DNA of 64,000 bases. Origin: Callorhinchus milii. Lineage: Eukaryota. The stretch spans positions 11,534,001 through 11,598,000 of the forward strand of contig NW_024704743.1 in the NCBI RefSeq assembly GCF_018977255.1, given 5' to 3'. Under the pieces are notes generated by a model, which was given only the letters and a program-made list of their open reading frames with translations, did no database searches and was not told the origin of the DNA. Of this stretch, positions 51,036 through 64,000 are shown piece by piece; position 1 is the stretch's first letter; every line of letters starts with the position of its first letter. A program made the translations under genes and the position numbers.

Positions 51036-54000
51036 TAACGAGAAACTGTGCCCTTCCTCGCAATTGTCAGTACAAAGAGCATCCACTCAGAAGGGAATTA
51101 CTGGCTATATGAGGAGAATTTTCAATACATTTTTTGTACATTCAGTGAATACTCAAGAGTCCTGTCCTGCATAGGGTGATTTACAGCTGTGCTGAGGAGA
51201 AAAAAACTTTCCTTTGACTATTTTTATTGCAGTTTTATACTATTTCATCACAGTGTTGAGAATTTGTATCAACTTTTTGCTGTTATCACTAAAAGTCTTT
51301 TAGCAATAGGAAATACACTTACCACTCAAGCAGAAAGCTATAATGTCTGGGTGGGGCGGACTGGAATATGGTATAGCAGGTGGAACCTACATGATTGCAT
51401 TGGTAAACTGTCATCAATATTTGGATTATTGCTCTTTCCTTACTGGAGAGGAGGATGGTCTACCATCCTCTACCATTTCTCTACTCCTCATTTTTTAAAT
51501 GTGCAGATCCAAAGTGTTGAGACCAAACACTGTTTAGTTTAGATAAGACGTAAATGAAAGAGAAGCATGTTATTTGATTTTATCCAGAACTGCAGGTTTA
51601 ACAGAGTCAGATCACTGGCCTTTGGATTACTCACAATTTACTATATATATTTTTAAAACTTTACTGTTTAGGTTTCCTTAGGATAAGCATATATTTGTGA
51701 AAAAAGAGGGATGCCAAGAACAATGTTTTCATTTATTTGGCTGTAAGAAAGTTTATGGAATCGATCAGGATAACTTTTTCTCCCACCCCCCACCCTGGAT
51801 CTGGCCTAACAGGAGCTCATATCATCATGAGTCGCTAGTGTAAACTTGGTTCCTTTCTGTTTAGTCTCAAGTCAATATCTAATTTTGTTATGAAACCTAT
51901 TTTTTTTCTGAAAGCAGGAAATATGAGAAAGTTGTTTCAAGTGGTACTTTGTTCGGGGCCAAATCCCTGACTGTCCAGCACCTTGGGACGTCTTCCCGAT
52001 GTGAAAGGTGCTATACAAATCTAATTTGTTGTTGTTCAAGTGTCTTTCTTTATATGGAGATCCATATCAGTGATTGTTTATGACATATAGATTAATGACA
52101 GTAATTGTTAGCAGGCTATTCAATTGTGGGTGCAGGGTTTTAGTGCACACTAAGTCAGAGATCTGGTAGTCACTATTTGGTATTCGGAATATATGCTAAA
52201 TTGGTTGATATCAGCAGAACAACAGCTACACTGCTTCATTTGACCTAAATGTTCCTGGGTTAGGGGGAGAAAAAGAAGTCTCTGCTGCATATGTGTGAAC
52301 ACCCATCTGTGAAACTTCTGAGGTTGAATGGCATGATAAATGGTAACACTCACTAGTTATGTTCACACATAAAGAATGACCACTTGAGCAAGATATCAAA
52401 GAGCAGATGGTGTCTGAAAATCACTATCCCAGTATGTGCCAATATCTTTTGGGGAGGAGAGAAAAATCAGATATGGATAAAGCAAAACGAAAAATCCACT
52501 TGCTCAGTAGAGAACATCTTTTTCTAAGACAGACAGACATGTCTAGCTAGTGACCAATCAGGCAATTTACTGCACCGGTGATTTTATGTATCTGAGTCAA
52601 ACTGCAAATCTGCCATTGAAGACAGTTTATTTATATAGACATGCAGTAGGCTGTAAACATGTGACTTTATTGTAGGTTCCTTACAAACGTTCAATGTCTG
52701 CCTTAACTACATAAGAACAGGGAAAATAAAAAAAAGATAAGGGACAATTTTAAAAAACTTTTTTGAACAAAAATGCCTGTAGAAAATGCTTTAAGTCTAA
52801 TTATACAGATCAGACAGCCAATAGGAAGACTCATTACAATTAATTTAAGATTAAATTCTACCCTCCAACTCACTCCCTACCTCACCTCATTCAAGGTCCA
52901 TCTCAAAGCCTACCTCTTTGACAGTGTTTTCAGTCAACTTTGCCCACCCTACCCCCATCCCCAGCTCCTTGGGACATCCTCCTGACACAAAAGAAGATAT
53001 AAATGTAAATCTGAATTGTATCTTTAGCAGAATATTCAATAACAGCTAATCTGAATAATCTTTATTTCTGTTACCCTGAAACCCTGCTACTCAATTTATT
53101 TTAAAATATTTTCATCACTTATGAAGATAAGCTCTAGAAATACTCTCATCCTTCTTGGGTAAAACTCGAGAAATACTATCACACCCTCTAGACATAAATT
53201 CATGTAATTCTCTTTCCTTGAAACATCTGGATTTCTGAAATGTTAAAAAAAGTCAGTAAGAGGCTTTTCAACAGTCACCGATGCTGGCTTCCAGCAGAAT
53301 GTATGAGATAATACCGTTAACATTGGTCAGTATTTTGGATTTTCTGAATATTTAAATATCTAAATTCCATTCAGTCCAACAATATTAAAATTGAATTATA
53401 CAAGAAATTATTTTTGTTATATTGTTTTTAAAGTCATAGCCTAATTATCAGACATAATTTAACTAAACTTAAGCTCGCTGTTCAATAAATTAAACTGATA
53501 TGACTCAATTCAGGTCCTGCTATTGATAACCACAAATCATCCTCTTGAAAGGTGTAGATGATGTGCCAATTCAGTAATACAACAACTCGTAAACAGCCAA
53601 TCATTCAGTTAAATAAAATAATAATTTGGTCACTCAATCCACGACTGTTTGTGGGACACTGCTGTGCCCAATTGGCTGCCACGTTTTGCCCACAAATATA
53701 CAGTCAATTCACTTTACAATATATTCCGTGAAGCACTTTGAGATGTCTCGAAGACGTGATAAGGCGCTATATCAAATGCAAAATTATTATTAATCATTCT
53801 GGAAAAGATGAAGAAAAACTGCCAATGCTAGAAATTAGAAAAAAAAGAGAAATTGCATTGCAGCCAAACAATAATCCAAAAAGAGACAGCAATTCGCTAA
53901 TGTAAACCCTATTTCTCCATCCGATAGACAATCAACTCACCTGTTATGTACCCAACTGCCCTTACTTCAAGTTTAAGATATCAGTTAATATTAGAGCCTA

Positions 54001-55029
54001 AGAGCCAAATATCTCCCAAGAAAAAAAGAGAAGTTTGAGTTGGGCTTTGCTGGAGTAGCACAATAGGTCCAGAGTAGAAGACAGAGGGAATTGAAGTCGC
54101 AAGCTTCGGGTCTGTCAATATGTAAAGAATAGAGATATGGTCATAAGCAACAACAAATCACATTTTTTCAGTGCCTTTCATGTCGGGAGGACGTCCCCAG
54201 GCACTGGACAGTCAGGAATTTGGACCCGCACAGGGGGTGGGTATCAGTAGGGGTGGAGGGGAGGGAGGATAGGAGGGTCACTGAAGGCGCAGTGAAAGAG
54301 GAGGGTCTTGAGATGTGCCTTGAAGGAACCAAGAAAGGGAGCAAGGTGAAGGGACACTGGGATGGAGTTCCAAAGGGTGGGGGCAGAGAGGCTGAAGGCC
54401 CGACCGCCGATGGTGGCGGGAGCTGGGGATGTAGAGCAGGCCGGAGCCTGCTGATTGTGACCATTATGAGATACACTAAGTTAGAGAGTACTGGGTTGAG
54501 CTAGCTAGGGCTAGCCTGCCCTAAACCTAATGGCCAACTAAACTTGAGACTTCTCCTTTGCTACACAGAGTTAACAACAACTTTCATGTATATAGCGCTC
54601 CTCACACACGGTAGGTCCCAGAGCGAGTAACAGTGATGGAGCATGACGCCGAGCCGAAAGGAAGGTAGGCGCGATCAAAGAGGAAGATCTTCAGGATGAA
54701 GGGGAAGGAGGAAGTGTTCCAGAGTTTCGGGGTGTATTTATTTATGGAAAATAAAAATCACATAAGCGGCAGACTGCTGGTGATATGATATTTTCAATAT
54801 CTATGAGGGGTCAACGAGTGCCAATCTGGTTAGGAAGTTAGAGTCATTGGTCAATTTTGCCAGTTTTTAGCCTGGCCAATACATTGAGCACATATAATGA
54901 GCAGAAGCAATGTGCTCCACTTCGATTCTTGGGGACAACCTGAATAGGTTTTTAATGTTTTTTGAAAGTTATCAGAAGCAAAGTGAAACTGCAGAGAAGC
55001 ATTCCTCCCATTGGCCTCCCATCTCACAA

Positions 55030-55497
55030 GACATCTGAAAGCGCTTCATAGGATATATGCTAAAGTGGATTGACTGCGTATTTTGTGGACGAAACAGCAG
55101 CCCAGTTGCACACAGCAATGTCCCACAAACAGCCATGGAGTTAGTGACCAAATTTTTTTGGGGATTGTTGGACAGGACACAGGGAGAAACCTCATTACAA
55201 ATTGCTCTGTCAAAGAGCCGGCACAGACTCGAAGGGCCGAATGGCCTCCTTCTGTGCCATAACATACTATGAATCTATAAAAAATAGTGTCATGGGATCT
55301 TTAAAGTCCACCTGAAGAGGCAGACGAGACCTACAGGTATTACATCTCATCTAAAGAATGGCACCTCCGAAAATACACCACACCATCAATACTGCATTGG
55401 AGTGTCAGATTATACTGTGTGATTCCAAGTTGGGCTTGAACCCACAACCATCTGACACAGAGGAGAGTGCTACCCACCGAATCAAGCTGCCACACAA
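55030..55497 (-). mobile_element. DeuSINE-type SINE with a short CR1 tail (+, ~55197-55278) inserted
   Basis: Reverse complement contains GGAGGTGCC..TCTTTAGATGAGATGTAA...TCAGGTGGAC.TTAAAGATCCCATG.CACTATTT (Deu domain). Confidence 0.78.
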
Positions 55498-55500
55498 AGC

Positions 55501-55664
55501 TCAAAATACTGCAGATGCTGGAAATCTGAAACAAAAATAGAAGTTGCTGGGAACACTCAGCAGGTCAGGCAGCAACTATGGAGAAAGGAAAGTGAGTCAA
55601 CATTTTGTGTCTACGAGCCTTCGTCAGAACGGTTCTGAGTGTTCCCAGCGACTTTTGCTTTTGT
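55501..55664. mobile_element. Penelope-type foldback repeat, right arm internally deleted
   Basis: CTGCAGATGCTGGAAATCTG...CTCAGCAGGTCAGGCAGC...; minus-strand CTGACGA at 55621-55627. Confidence 0.7.
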
Positions 55665-57344
55665 TGACACACAGCGGTTGAGTTTGTGGTAACTATTGCT
55701 CCAATTTGTCAGCGAATACAATAAAAAAAAGGCCAAAAAAGAGCCCTAGAAAAGAAAACACTGAGAAAACAAGCAACAAATAAGAGAAAGCAATAAATAC
55801 AGAAGCTAAACAGAAAATGGAGGGAAAAACAAAGTGATAGAAAGATGTTAAAAAATCAAACTGAAGATGAATGCATGAATAGCATCCAGCAGAAGCTTTA
55901 TTATAGCCATGAAAGAGTTATATCTTTGGAAAGAAGTACAAGGCAACAAAACAACACATTTTTTATGAATCCACACGAGCTGGTCACATTCCAGATTCTA
56001 GCTTAAGGCTGCAATGATAAATTATATGCTTTCAAGTAATGATTTTTTAAAATTGATTTGTTGCTTTCCTTTGCTTTTTTTTCAATGATTAAAGTTTGTG
56101 TAGTGAGAGATGGGGAGGGGAGGGGAGCGCGGGGAGAATCAATAGGAAGATAGCTGGGAGGCAAGATCTGATGAGGTACTGATGAGATTCGCTATGGCAC
56201 TCCAGCAAGCTGTGGGAACATTGTAGCTGTGGGCAAAGTTGAAGCGAGATCCCAGTGCAGAATTCTTTTTTTAAAATGATTGCATATGCTTGTTGATACA
56301 AAAATACTACTGATGTACAAAACTACTAACTAACATCACTAAACAGTTTTCTCAATAAAAATGAACCATGCAATAACCTGGAGTTGGGAGCTCAGATTTT
56401 GGCATTCCTCATTTCTATGTAAAGTATCTGGCCTAATTAAATTATCCTAATGGCTCTAGCCCCAATACCTTACTGAGTTATGGAATTATAAAATATGTCT
56501 CACAGCAAAGTCAATGACTAATTACTGTTGCTATCAAACTGCAGGAGGGAAAATCTGAGCTGTTTTTATACAAATGGTAATTGCAATTGACAGCTTAATT
56601 GCTCTCCTATTATTTTTACTATGAATGCTCCACAACCAGCTTTCTTTCCTTCCCTGAAACATAATCAATTTTCTTTCCACAGATGCTTTTCAGTGAGAAC
56701 AGTAGTTTATTTTATAAATCTTCACATGGTTTTCTCAGCAAACAGCTGCAAAATGAACTCAGTTTTGTACCATTCTCAACTCCTGATAAATAATCCCCTA
56801 CCATCTAATGTTCAGAGCCAATCAATGTGATCTGTAATCTCAGGTAGTTAGGGAAACCAATGGATTTGTTTTATACTGTACTTTCCTTTATGTTGAATAT
56901 TCTACACTTGCTTTTATTTATTCTCATTTCATGCCAAGTGGAAAAATCACAGGGGAAATATAATGTAAATTTGGACAGCCACCCACAGGATAGTGAAGGA
57001 AAGGCTTTCTGTTCCAACTCTCCATTTCACCAATCACATTGTAACTGTCTCTGTAGTTTGTGGAGTGTGAAAAAGCACATTATTTTGAGCAAAATTTCCA
57101 ATAACTGACCAAACTGAAAATTTGTACATTGATACAGTAGACGCCCAGGATATATTGACTCAATCAAAGTCTCACTCACCTGTATTTGAATGAATACTGG
57201 TGACTTTTAAGAGGACAACAGGACATACTCGGAGGTCACCAAGTTCGATAGGAATGCTTCCATTGTGTTGAAACCAGTCAAAACTGCAATAACAATAATT
57301 CTCTGAGGGAGGTGGGGGAGATGACAACATCTTAAAATCGTTTC

Positions 57345-58530
57345 CAATATAGCCTCATTCACCGCCTCTTCTCTCACCTCAACTTTCAAGGTTCTGCCCT
57401 TAAATGGTTCAGATCGTACCTCTCACACGGTCTCCACTTCATCTCCACAAATGGTTTCTCCTCTAGGCCCGCACCATCTCATGCGGCGCTCCTCAGGGCT
57501 CTGTCCTTGGTCCCCTCCTCTTCAATATCTACATGCTCCCTCTTGGTGAAATCATCCGCAGACATGAGGTCAACTGTATGCGGATGACATCCAACTCTGC
57601 CTCCACCTTTGACTCGAGGACCACTGCTGTCCTGACAGAATGTCTGTCAGACATCAAGTCCTGGATGAGAGCTAACTTTCTTCAATTGAACATCAACAAG
57701 ACTGAGGCCCTTCTGACTGGCTCCCGTCAACGCCTCCACACCATGGATGCAAACTCCACCTTGCTAAGCCAGTCCGGAGCTTTGGCATCTTGTTTGACCC
57801 TCAACTATCCTTTCTACTCCACATCCATGCTATGACCCTCTCTGCCTTCCCCCACCTATGCAACATCACCCGGCTCCGCTACTGTCTCACACCGCAGGCC
57901 ACCAAAACCCTCATATATGATTTCATAACATCCAGGCTTAACTATGCAAACTCCCTGCTTGTCAACCTCCCAAAATCCTCCCTCCATAAGTTGCAGATCA
58001 TCCAGAACTCAGCGGCCAGTTTCCTCTCCTGCAACAGGCTCCGTGACCCTATCACCACTATCCTCGCCCGACTCCACTGGCTTCCCATCACATACAGTTC
58101 AAGATCCTGGTCCTCACCTTCAAAGCCCTCCATAGCCTCGCTCCCCACTACCTCTGCAACTTCCTAACCCCCTACCAACCCACCCGCTCCCTCTGCTCAG
58201 CGGACTTCAGCCTGCTTCACGTCCCCCACCTCGCCCGCCCCACCATTGGCAGGCAGATCTTCAGCCTCTGCCCTCACTTTCTGGAACAACCCCCAACCTC
58301 TGGAACTCCATCCTGCAGTCCCTCTACCTCGCCCCCTCCCTTGACTCTTTCAAGACCAATCTCAAGACTCTCCTCTTTGACCGTGATTCCGATCACCCTC
58401 CTTCCCCCCGCCTGCCCTCCACCCTCCCCAATTCCGACCCCAAGCTCGGATCCGAAACACTGACTGTCCGGTGCCTTGGGACGTTCTCCCGATGTGAAAT
58501 GTATACAAATGTAATACTGTTGTTGTTGTT
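57345..58530 (+). mobile_element. L2 RT/3' fragment
   Basis: [41 protein letters not shown]; (GTT)n tail. Confidence 0.9.
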
Positions 58531-58569
58531 TCACACAGTTGAATGGAAGCATGAGCTTGGGAGGAGATG

Positions 58570-59330
58570 GTCCAAAGTGCAGTCGATGAGATAGGTCTTA
58601 AGTCCGGGTTTCAAGGCGGGAGGGAGAAGGTAAGGAGTAGGGACTCGGACTGCAATTGAAAAGTGTAGGAGCAGAATAGGTGAAAGCATGTCACCCATCC
58701 TGGATCAGAGTAGGTGGGTGACGTGAAGCAGGCCTGTGTTTATTGGGCAGTGGGCAGAGAGAGGGCAATAGGATTGCAGGATGTTGTAGAGGTAGGGCCT
58801 GGCAAGGTTGTGAAGAGATTTGAAAGTGAGAACAAGGATCTTAAGTTTGTTCTACTGGAGACAGGGTGCCAGTAGAACCAAGTGAGGTTGGAGGCGATGG
58901 CTCATTGAGCTTGGTGCAGGTCAGAGCATGGGCTGCAAAGTTCTGGATGGAGGAGCTGGGGAGTCAGGGCATTGGCAAAATAAAATCTAAAGAGATGAAG
59001 GCATTGATGAGCGTATTGGCAGCCCAGAGCAGAGGTATTGGTGGGCAATGTTGCAGAGGTGATAGAAAGTTGAGAGTGAATAGGTTAAGGCACTTTAAGA
59101 CAAGACAGGTTAAGACAAGGTTCTGCACTGACTCTGAGGTAGAGTGTGCATCTATGCAGGTTGATGCAGTCAGTGCCTGAGATGAGAAGCCATTGACAGG
59201 AGCGAAGCAGCAGAACTTTGGGTCTTGTAGACATTTAGCTGTAGAAAGTTAGAACTCATCCAGAAATTGATGTCTGACAATCGATCAGAGCAGCATTACT
59301 CTTGGAATCAAAGATAGAGGCAGAGATAAA
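58570..59330 (-). mobile_element. Old diverged L2 fragment
   Basis: Degenerate match to the other L2 copies (GTCAGACATCAA.T.CTGGATGAG on the minus strand). Confidence 0.7.
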
Positions 59331-59532
59331 GACTAGCTAACTACTGAAACTACACCCTTCTAGCTGTGCATGGCCAAAGGTTTTTTCCTAACATTCAAAA
59401 CTTAAAATACGGTCCTGTAGCACCACCTGGTCTTTAATTTTAAAAGTGATTAAATAGAAATTAAAAGTGCAGGAGAGCACAATCGCGTTCGTGCTGGCTC
59501 TTTTAAGAACAATCTTTTCAGTCCCATTTATC

Positions 59533-59920
59533 AGCCTGGCGTAATGGTAGCAATCTCGCCTCTGAGACAGAAAGTTATGGGTTCAAACCCCGCGTCGGGA
59601 TTTGGAATCACTTAGTCTAAGATGACACTCCAAGGCAGTGCGGGAGGGAGTTGCATTGTTGGAGGTGCCGTCCTTCAGATGACACGTTAAACCAAAGTGC
59701 CATCTGCCTGTTCAGTTGGATGTTGAAGATCCTATGGCACTATTCAAAAAGAAAAGGGAGTTCCTCCCAGTATCCTACCAATAATTGCCAGAATTGGTCA
59801 CTCGTAATTGGCTGCCTCGTTCGCCCACATAATAGTTAATCCACTTTACAGTTTATCCTACCAAGCGCTTTGAGATGTCTTGTGATAAGGCACTATATCA
59901 AACGCAATAATTATTATTAT
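59533..59920 (+). mobile_element. Full-length DeuSINE (SacSINE1/AmnSINE1-like)
   Basis: tRNA-like head (TGGCGTAATGG, GGTTCAAACC), Deu domain GGAGGTGCCGTCCTTCAGATGACACGTTAAACC...AAGATCCTATGGCACTATT, L2-like tail. Confidence 0.82.
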
Positions 59921-62030
59921 TAATTTTTAAGCTTAAAAAGATGGCTTCATAGGGATTGCAAAGCTGAAGTTATTTTAGACTCCACTTTGAACAAATATCG
60001 ATTTTGTATAAACTGCACATTTCCCTAGGGTTTCCATGTTAGCACAGGAAAACTGAAGCTTGTTTTCACAAAATCTACAATATAACTGGTTCATGATATA
60101 ATTAGATCCTATTTTTCTGACCATATCATCAGACCGTCAATTTATAAACAAGTATACTGAAAGACACATTACCACAATTTAGGGGGAAAAATCCTGAAAA
60201 TATTGACTAAATGACAGAATTGATGAATGCAACCACTGAAAGGAAACGTCAGCTGTTATCACTCTGCCACTCCAGTCGTCATTCTTTCATTGCCAAAATA
60301 CCCACTCAAAACTTATGTGAATCATTTCCATCTAAGTTGTTCAGTTGCTAACTCTCCAAAGAGATAGTGATCTTTGGCTCATGCTTTTCCTTTAAAAGAC
60401 TATTCTCCTTGCAGGGAGAAATACTGGAATGCCAGTATGTCAGGCATTGCTGATTACAGACCAGCCAGACAAGTTCATCAGCAGGACTTAGAGGGGCCGG
60501 GTTTCTTCTCACTCAGCTAATATCAAACCAGCAAGCCAAAGCCCTAACATCCTTCCGCGAACAACATTGTAGGGGATTCGAGTGAGAGATCTTGAATTCA
60601 AGATTGTGACTAGGAAAGTAAAAGGAGAGATTTGAATTTTTTTTTATTCCCATGCAGTTTTAGAGTATGAATGATTTGCTAGGGGTGCAAGATAGCCCCG
60701 AGTCAATTGGGTGCATTTAAGAGAGGTGCTGAAGAGAGCGGGACAGGTCCAGGAGCAGAGATCGCAATAAGGACCAAACCCAAAACAGAAACAAAGACAG
60801 GGTCTGGGGCAGAGAGAGGGAATGAGAACACAGGGAGAAAAGCAGAAGTGAAGAGCCAGAAAAAGACAAACAATCAGAGGGAGGGAGAGAAAGAAAGTAA
60901 AAAGCCATCGATAGAGGGAAAGAAAGAATATAAAAAGAGAGTGAAAGAAGATGAAGACGCCAGCGAGTGGAACCGTTGAAAGCAGCAGCTGAGCTCTAAA
61001 GATGCCCCTCAGACACTTCTTGCCAAAGAAATATTATATGAATGTAATAATCTTCAAAGGAGTTTGAAGATTACATTACATGGACCGTTAAACAATGCTG
61101 GAAATAATCTGAAATAATACAATAAGAAGAATGTGGGCACTCAATCCACGACTGTTTGTGGGACACTCCTGTGCGCAATTGGCAGCCACATTTCACCCAC
61201 AAGACACACAGTCACTACACTTCACAGTATAGTCTGTGAAGCGCTTTGAGAAGTTTCGATGATGTGATAAGGCGCTATAACAAATGCAAGGACTATTATT
61301 ATTATTTGGACAAATATATGTAGAGGAAGAGTATTATAGTATTCAGAGAAAGAATGGGAAAATGGAACTAGGATGGATTATTTTTAAACGAACAAACATT
61401 ACACGAAAAAATGGGCCAAATGCATCTTAAAGCTTTTCCATTTATTGTTAATAATTAATATATCACCCCAACGATAGATACCATGCTCCAATCATTTATG
61501 ATCAGCTGTTCTTGAGTTAAGTTTGTTCCCTTTTTAGCTTTAAAGCAGGAGTATTAAATATAGTTTAACTGATATTTTCATTCTGTACTAAAACTAGTGC
61601 ATAAAGGAGACGTATTTACTGAAGAAATGTCTCCCAGTTACGAAGACAGTTTGCAATTCAAAGGTCCTGATAGGTCACAAAAACAACACCTTGAGGCCAT
61701 TGCAGAATTGTTTTCAACATTCCCATCAAGTCTGTCAGAACAAATCCTGTAACAAATTGCAAAATCTAATCCAGACCTGTCTGTTTGAATGCATTAATTA
61801 GGGTTGCAGTTCAACTTGCTCCATACTTTCCTGAACTAGAAAGGTAAAGCAATGCTCACACATATTCCCTTGTGAAACATGTTGATGGAGAGGTTGTAGA
61901 TATCATGCAAAGAACACTCAAGGGAAAGAAATACACACAACATATGTGTGCATAGTAGTAAAAAATACTCAATTCAAAAAAATGTCAGGCTAACCAATAT
62001 GTGTTTCAATATGTTTTTTTTTCTTATTTT

Positions 62031-62350
62031 GGAGTCCTGTAGCTCAGTGGTTAGAGCACTCACTTTGCAAGCGAGAGACCTGAGTTCAATTCCAGGCAGA
62101 GGGCGAAACCTTGGGCAAGTTTCCTTACTCCACACAGAGCCTAATAATAATCCCTCCAAAAACAAAAACAATAATAAATTGGTCATTTTCAATCTACGAC
62201 TGTTTGTGGGACATTGCTGTGCGCAATTGGCTGCCGCGTTCACCCACAAATATACGGTCAATTCATACTCAGTGTATGTTCTGTGAAGCGCTTTGGGATG
62301 TCCCCCGAAGTGAAAAGCGCTATATCAAATGCAAGGATTATTATTATTAT
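62031..62350 (+). mobile_element. Full-length young tRNA(Ala-like) SINE
   Basis: Boxes A and B intact; probable TSD TTATTTT (62024-62030 / 62347-62353); near-identical to 17343-17657. Confidence 0.93.
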
Positions 62351-62834
62351 TTTATCTTCATGAAAGGCACTACACAAGTTGTTGCAATTAATTTCTCTAT
62401 AACATCACCTTTTAGGTGGTTTCATGATTGTGACTCCAGCACAATTCGTTGTCTGAGGTGGCATAGCCTCTCTTGTCCAAAAATCAGCTCATTGAACAAC
62501 AGTGTTCAACTTTCTGAAAATATTCAAACCTTAGAATGTTTAAATGGGTTCCCAGTGAGCAGGGTGAGCCCCATAGGGGAGAGAGTACATAATTCACTGG
62601 ACTTTCCATGTATAACAACAACAAATTACATAGGTGGGATAATGTTTAAAAAAATATATAGAAAATACATGGAACTCTATCTGGTTTGAATAATTGTAGC
62701 ATGGTGGTGAGTTTCCATAAGTGTCCGACCCCAACCAAAAATAAAATTCTCGATGACAATTTGTAGAACATTGCAGGCATCCTCAGGTTTTGGATTTGCT
62801 GGCATGAACTCTTCACCGCTATAAATTATCACTT

Positions 62835-64000
62835 AGAAAAATCTGGTTTAATAACGGACAGACGACATGGATTTGTTAAAGGCAAGTCGTGTCTAACAAA
62901 CCTAATAGAATTTTTTGATGAAATGACTGAGAGGGTGGATGAAGGTAGTGCAGTAGACGTAGTTTATCTAGATTTTCAAAGGGCATTTGACAAAGTGCCA
63001 CATAAGAGATTTAGAAACAAAATAAAAGCCCACAGTATTAAAGGGACCTTGGCAACATGGATCCAGAACTGGCTAGGTGACAGAAAGCAGAGAGTGGTAG
63101 TAAATGTTTGCTTTTCTGACTGGAGGGAGGTGTGTAGTGGCGTCCCTCAGGGGCCGGTATTGGGACCACTGCTCTTTCTGATCTATATTAATGATCTGGA
63201 CCTGGATATAGGGAGCACAATTTCCAAATTTGCAGATGATACCAAGCTAGGAAAAGTAGTTAATGGTGAGGAGGATAGCACCGGACTCCAAGAGGACTTA
63301 GACAGATTGGTAAAATGGGCAGAAACGTGGCAGATGAGAGTTAATGTGGAGAAAGGTGAAGTGTTGCATTTTGGTAGAAAGAATGAGGAGAGGCAATATA
63401 AGCTGATGGTACAATCTTAAAATGATACAATCTTAAACAATAATAAATTGGTCATTTCCAATCCACGACTGTTTGTTGGACATTGCTGTGCGCAATTGAC
63501 TGCTGCGTTTCGCCCACAAATATACGGTCAATTCACTTTAGAGCATATTCTGTGAAGTGCTTTGAGATGTCTAGAAGACTTGAAAAGCACTATATCAAAT
63601 GTAAGGATTATTATTATTATTATCTTAAAGGGGGCAAATGAACAGAGAGACCTGGGGGTCCACATAAGCAAATCTCTGAAGGTGGCAGGACAGGTAGATA
63701 AAGCTGCTAAAAAAGGATACGGGATACTAGGTTTTATAAATAGGGACATAGAATTCAAAAGTCAGGAGATTATGTTGAATATTTATAAAATGCTGGTTAG
63801 GCTTCAGTTGGAGTACTGCGTTCAGTTCTGGGCACCGCATTTTAGGAAAGATGTGAGGGCATTGGAGAGGGTGCAAAGGAGGTTTACCAGAATGTTAACG
63901 AAACTAGGATTATTCTCCCTAGAGCAGAGAAGCTTAAGAGGGGATTTAATAGAGGTTTTCAAGATCATGAGAGGATTTGATAGGCTGAACCGGGAAAAAC
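62835..64000 (+). mobile_element. CR1 RT fragment with a SINE inserted at 63438-63621
   Basis: YLDFQRAFDKVPH, SGVPQGPVLGP, KFADDTKL; SINE flanked by the 8-bp TSD ATCTTAAA. Confidence 0.92.

Noticed and set aside
51323..51440. Possible upstream XYLB exon (IF...HY..LL before TG|GTAAGT)
   Set aside because: Lacks the conserved VSLGTSDT...EGHIF sequence and a good acceptor.
60707..60979. Lys/Glu-rich 90-aa ORF
   Set aside because: Purine-rich low-complexity sequence with no splice signals or homology.
62031..62105. tRNA-Ala gene (also at 17585-17657)
   Set aside because: No proper acceptor stem or T-run terminator; continues into a multi-copy SINE body.
62111..62689. 192-aa ORF
   Set aside because: The first half is SINE sequence, repeated in the 17304-17579 ORF; the rest has no recognisable motif.

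Overview
Repeat-dense vertebrate DNA, inferred from its CR1/L2/DeuSINE/tRNA-SINE repertoire to be a cartilaginous fish, possibly a chimaera. The only host gene I can support is the 3' end of xylulose kinase (XYLB) on the minus strand. It has four short GT-AG exons (38987-39045, 37259-37346, 35025-35110, 13442-13510) that splice in phase to ...[99 protein letters not shown]. The last intron is about 21.5 kb, and I found no further upstream exon in the 25 kb to the window end. Most other ORFs in the track are CR1/L2 fragments, their antisense frames, low-complexity sequence or short chance ORFs. Other points of interest: (1) a third non-LTR family (Ingi/Vingi-like) present mostly as copies of a structured 5' end; (2) Penelope-type foldback elements with decayed hammerhead-ribozyme cores; (3) a hAT MITE with an 8-bp TSD; (4) a local duplication that preserves the empty site of a young SINE; (5) repeated insertions into the 3' tails of older retroelements. 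I found no convincing novel multi-gene system. Repeat boundaries are approximate and were read by eye.
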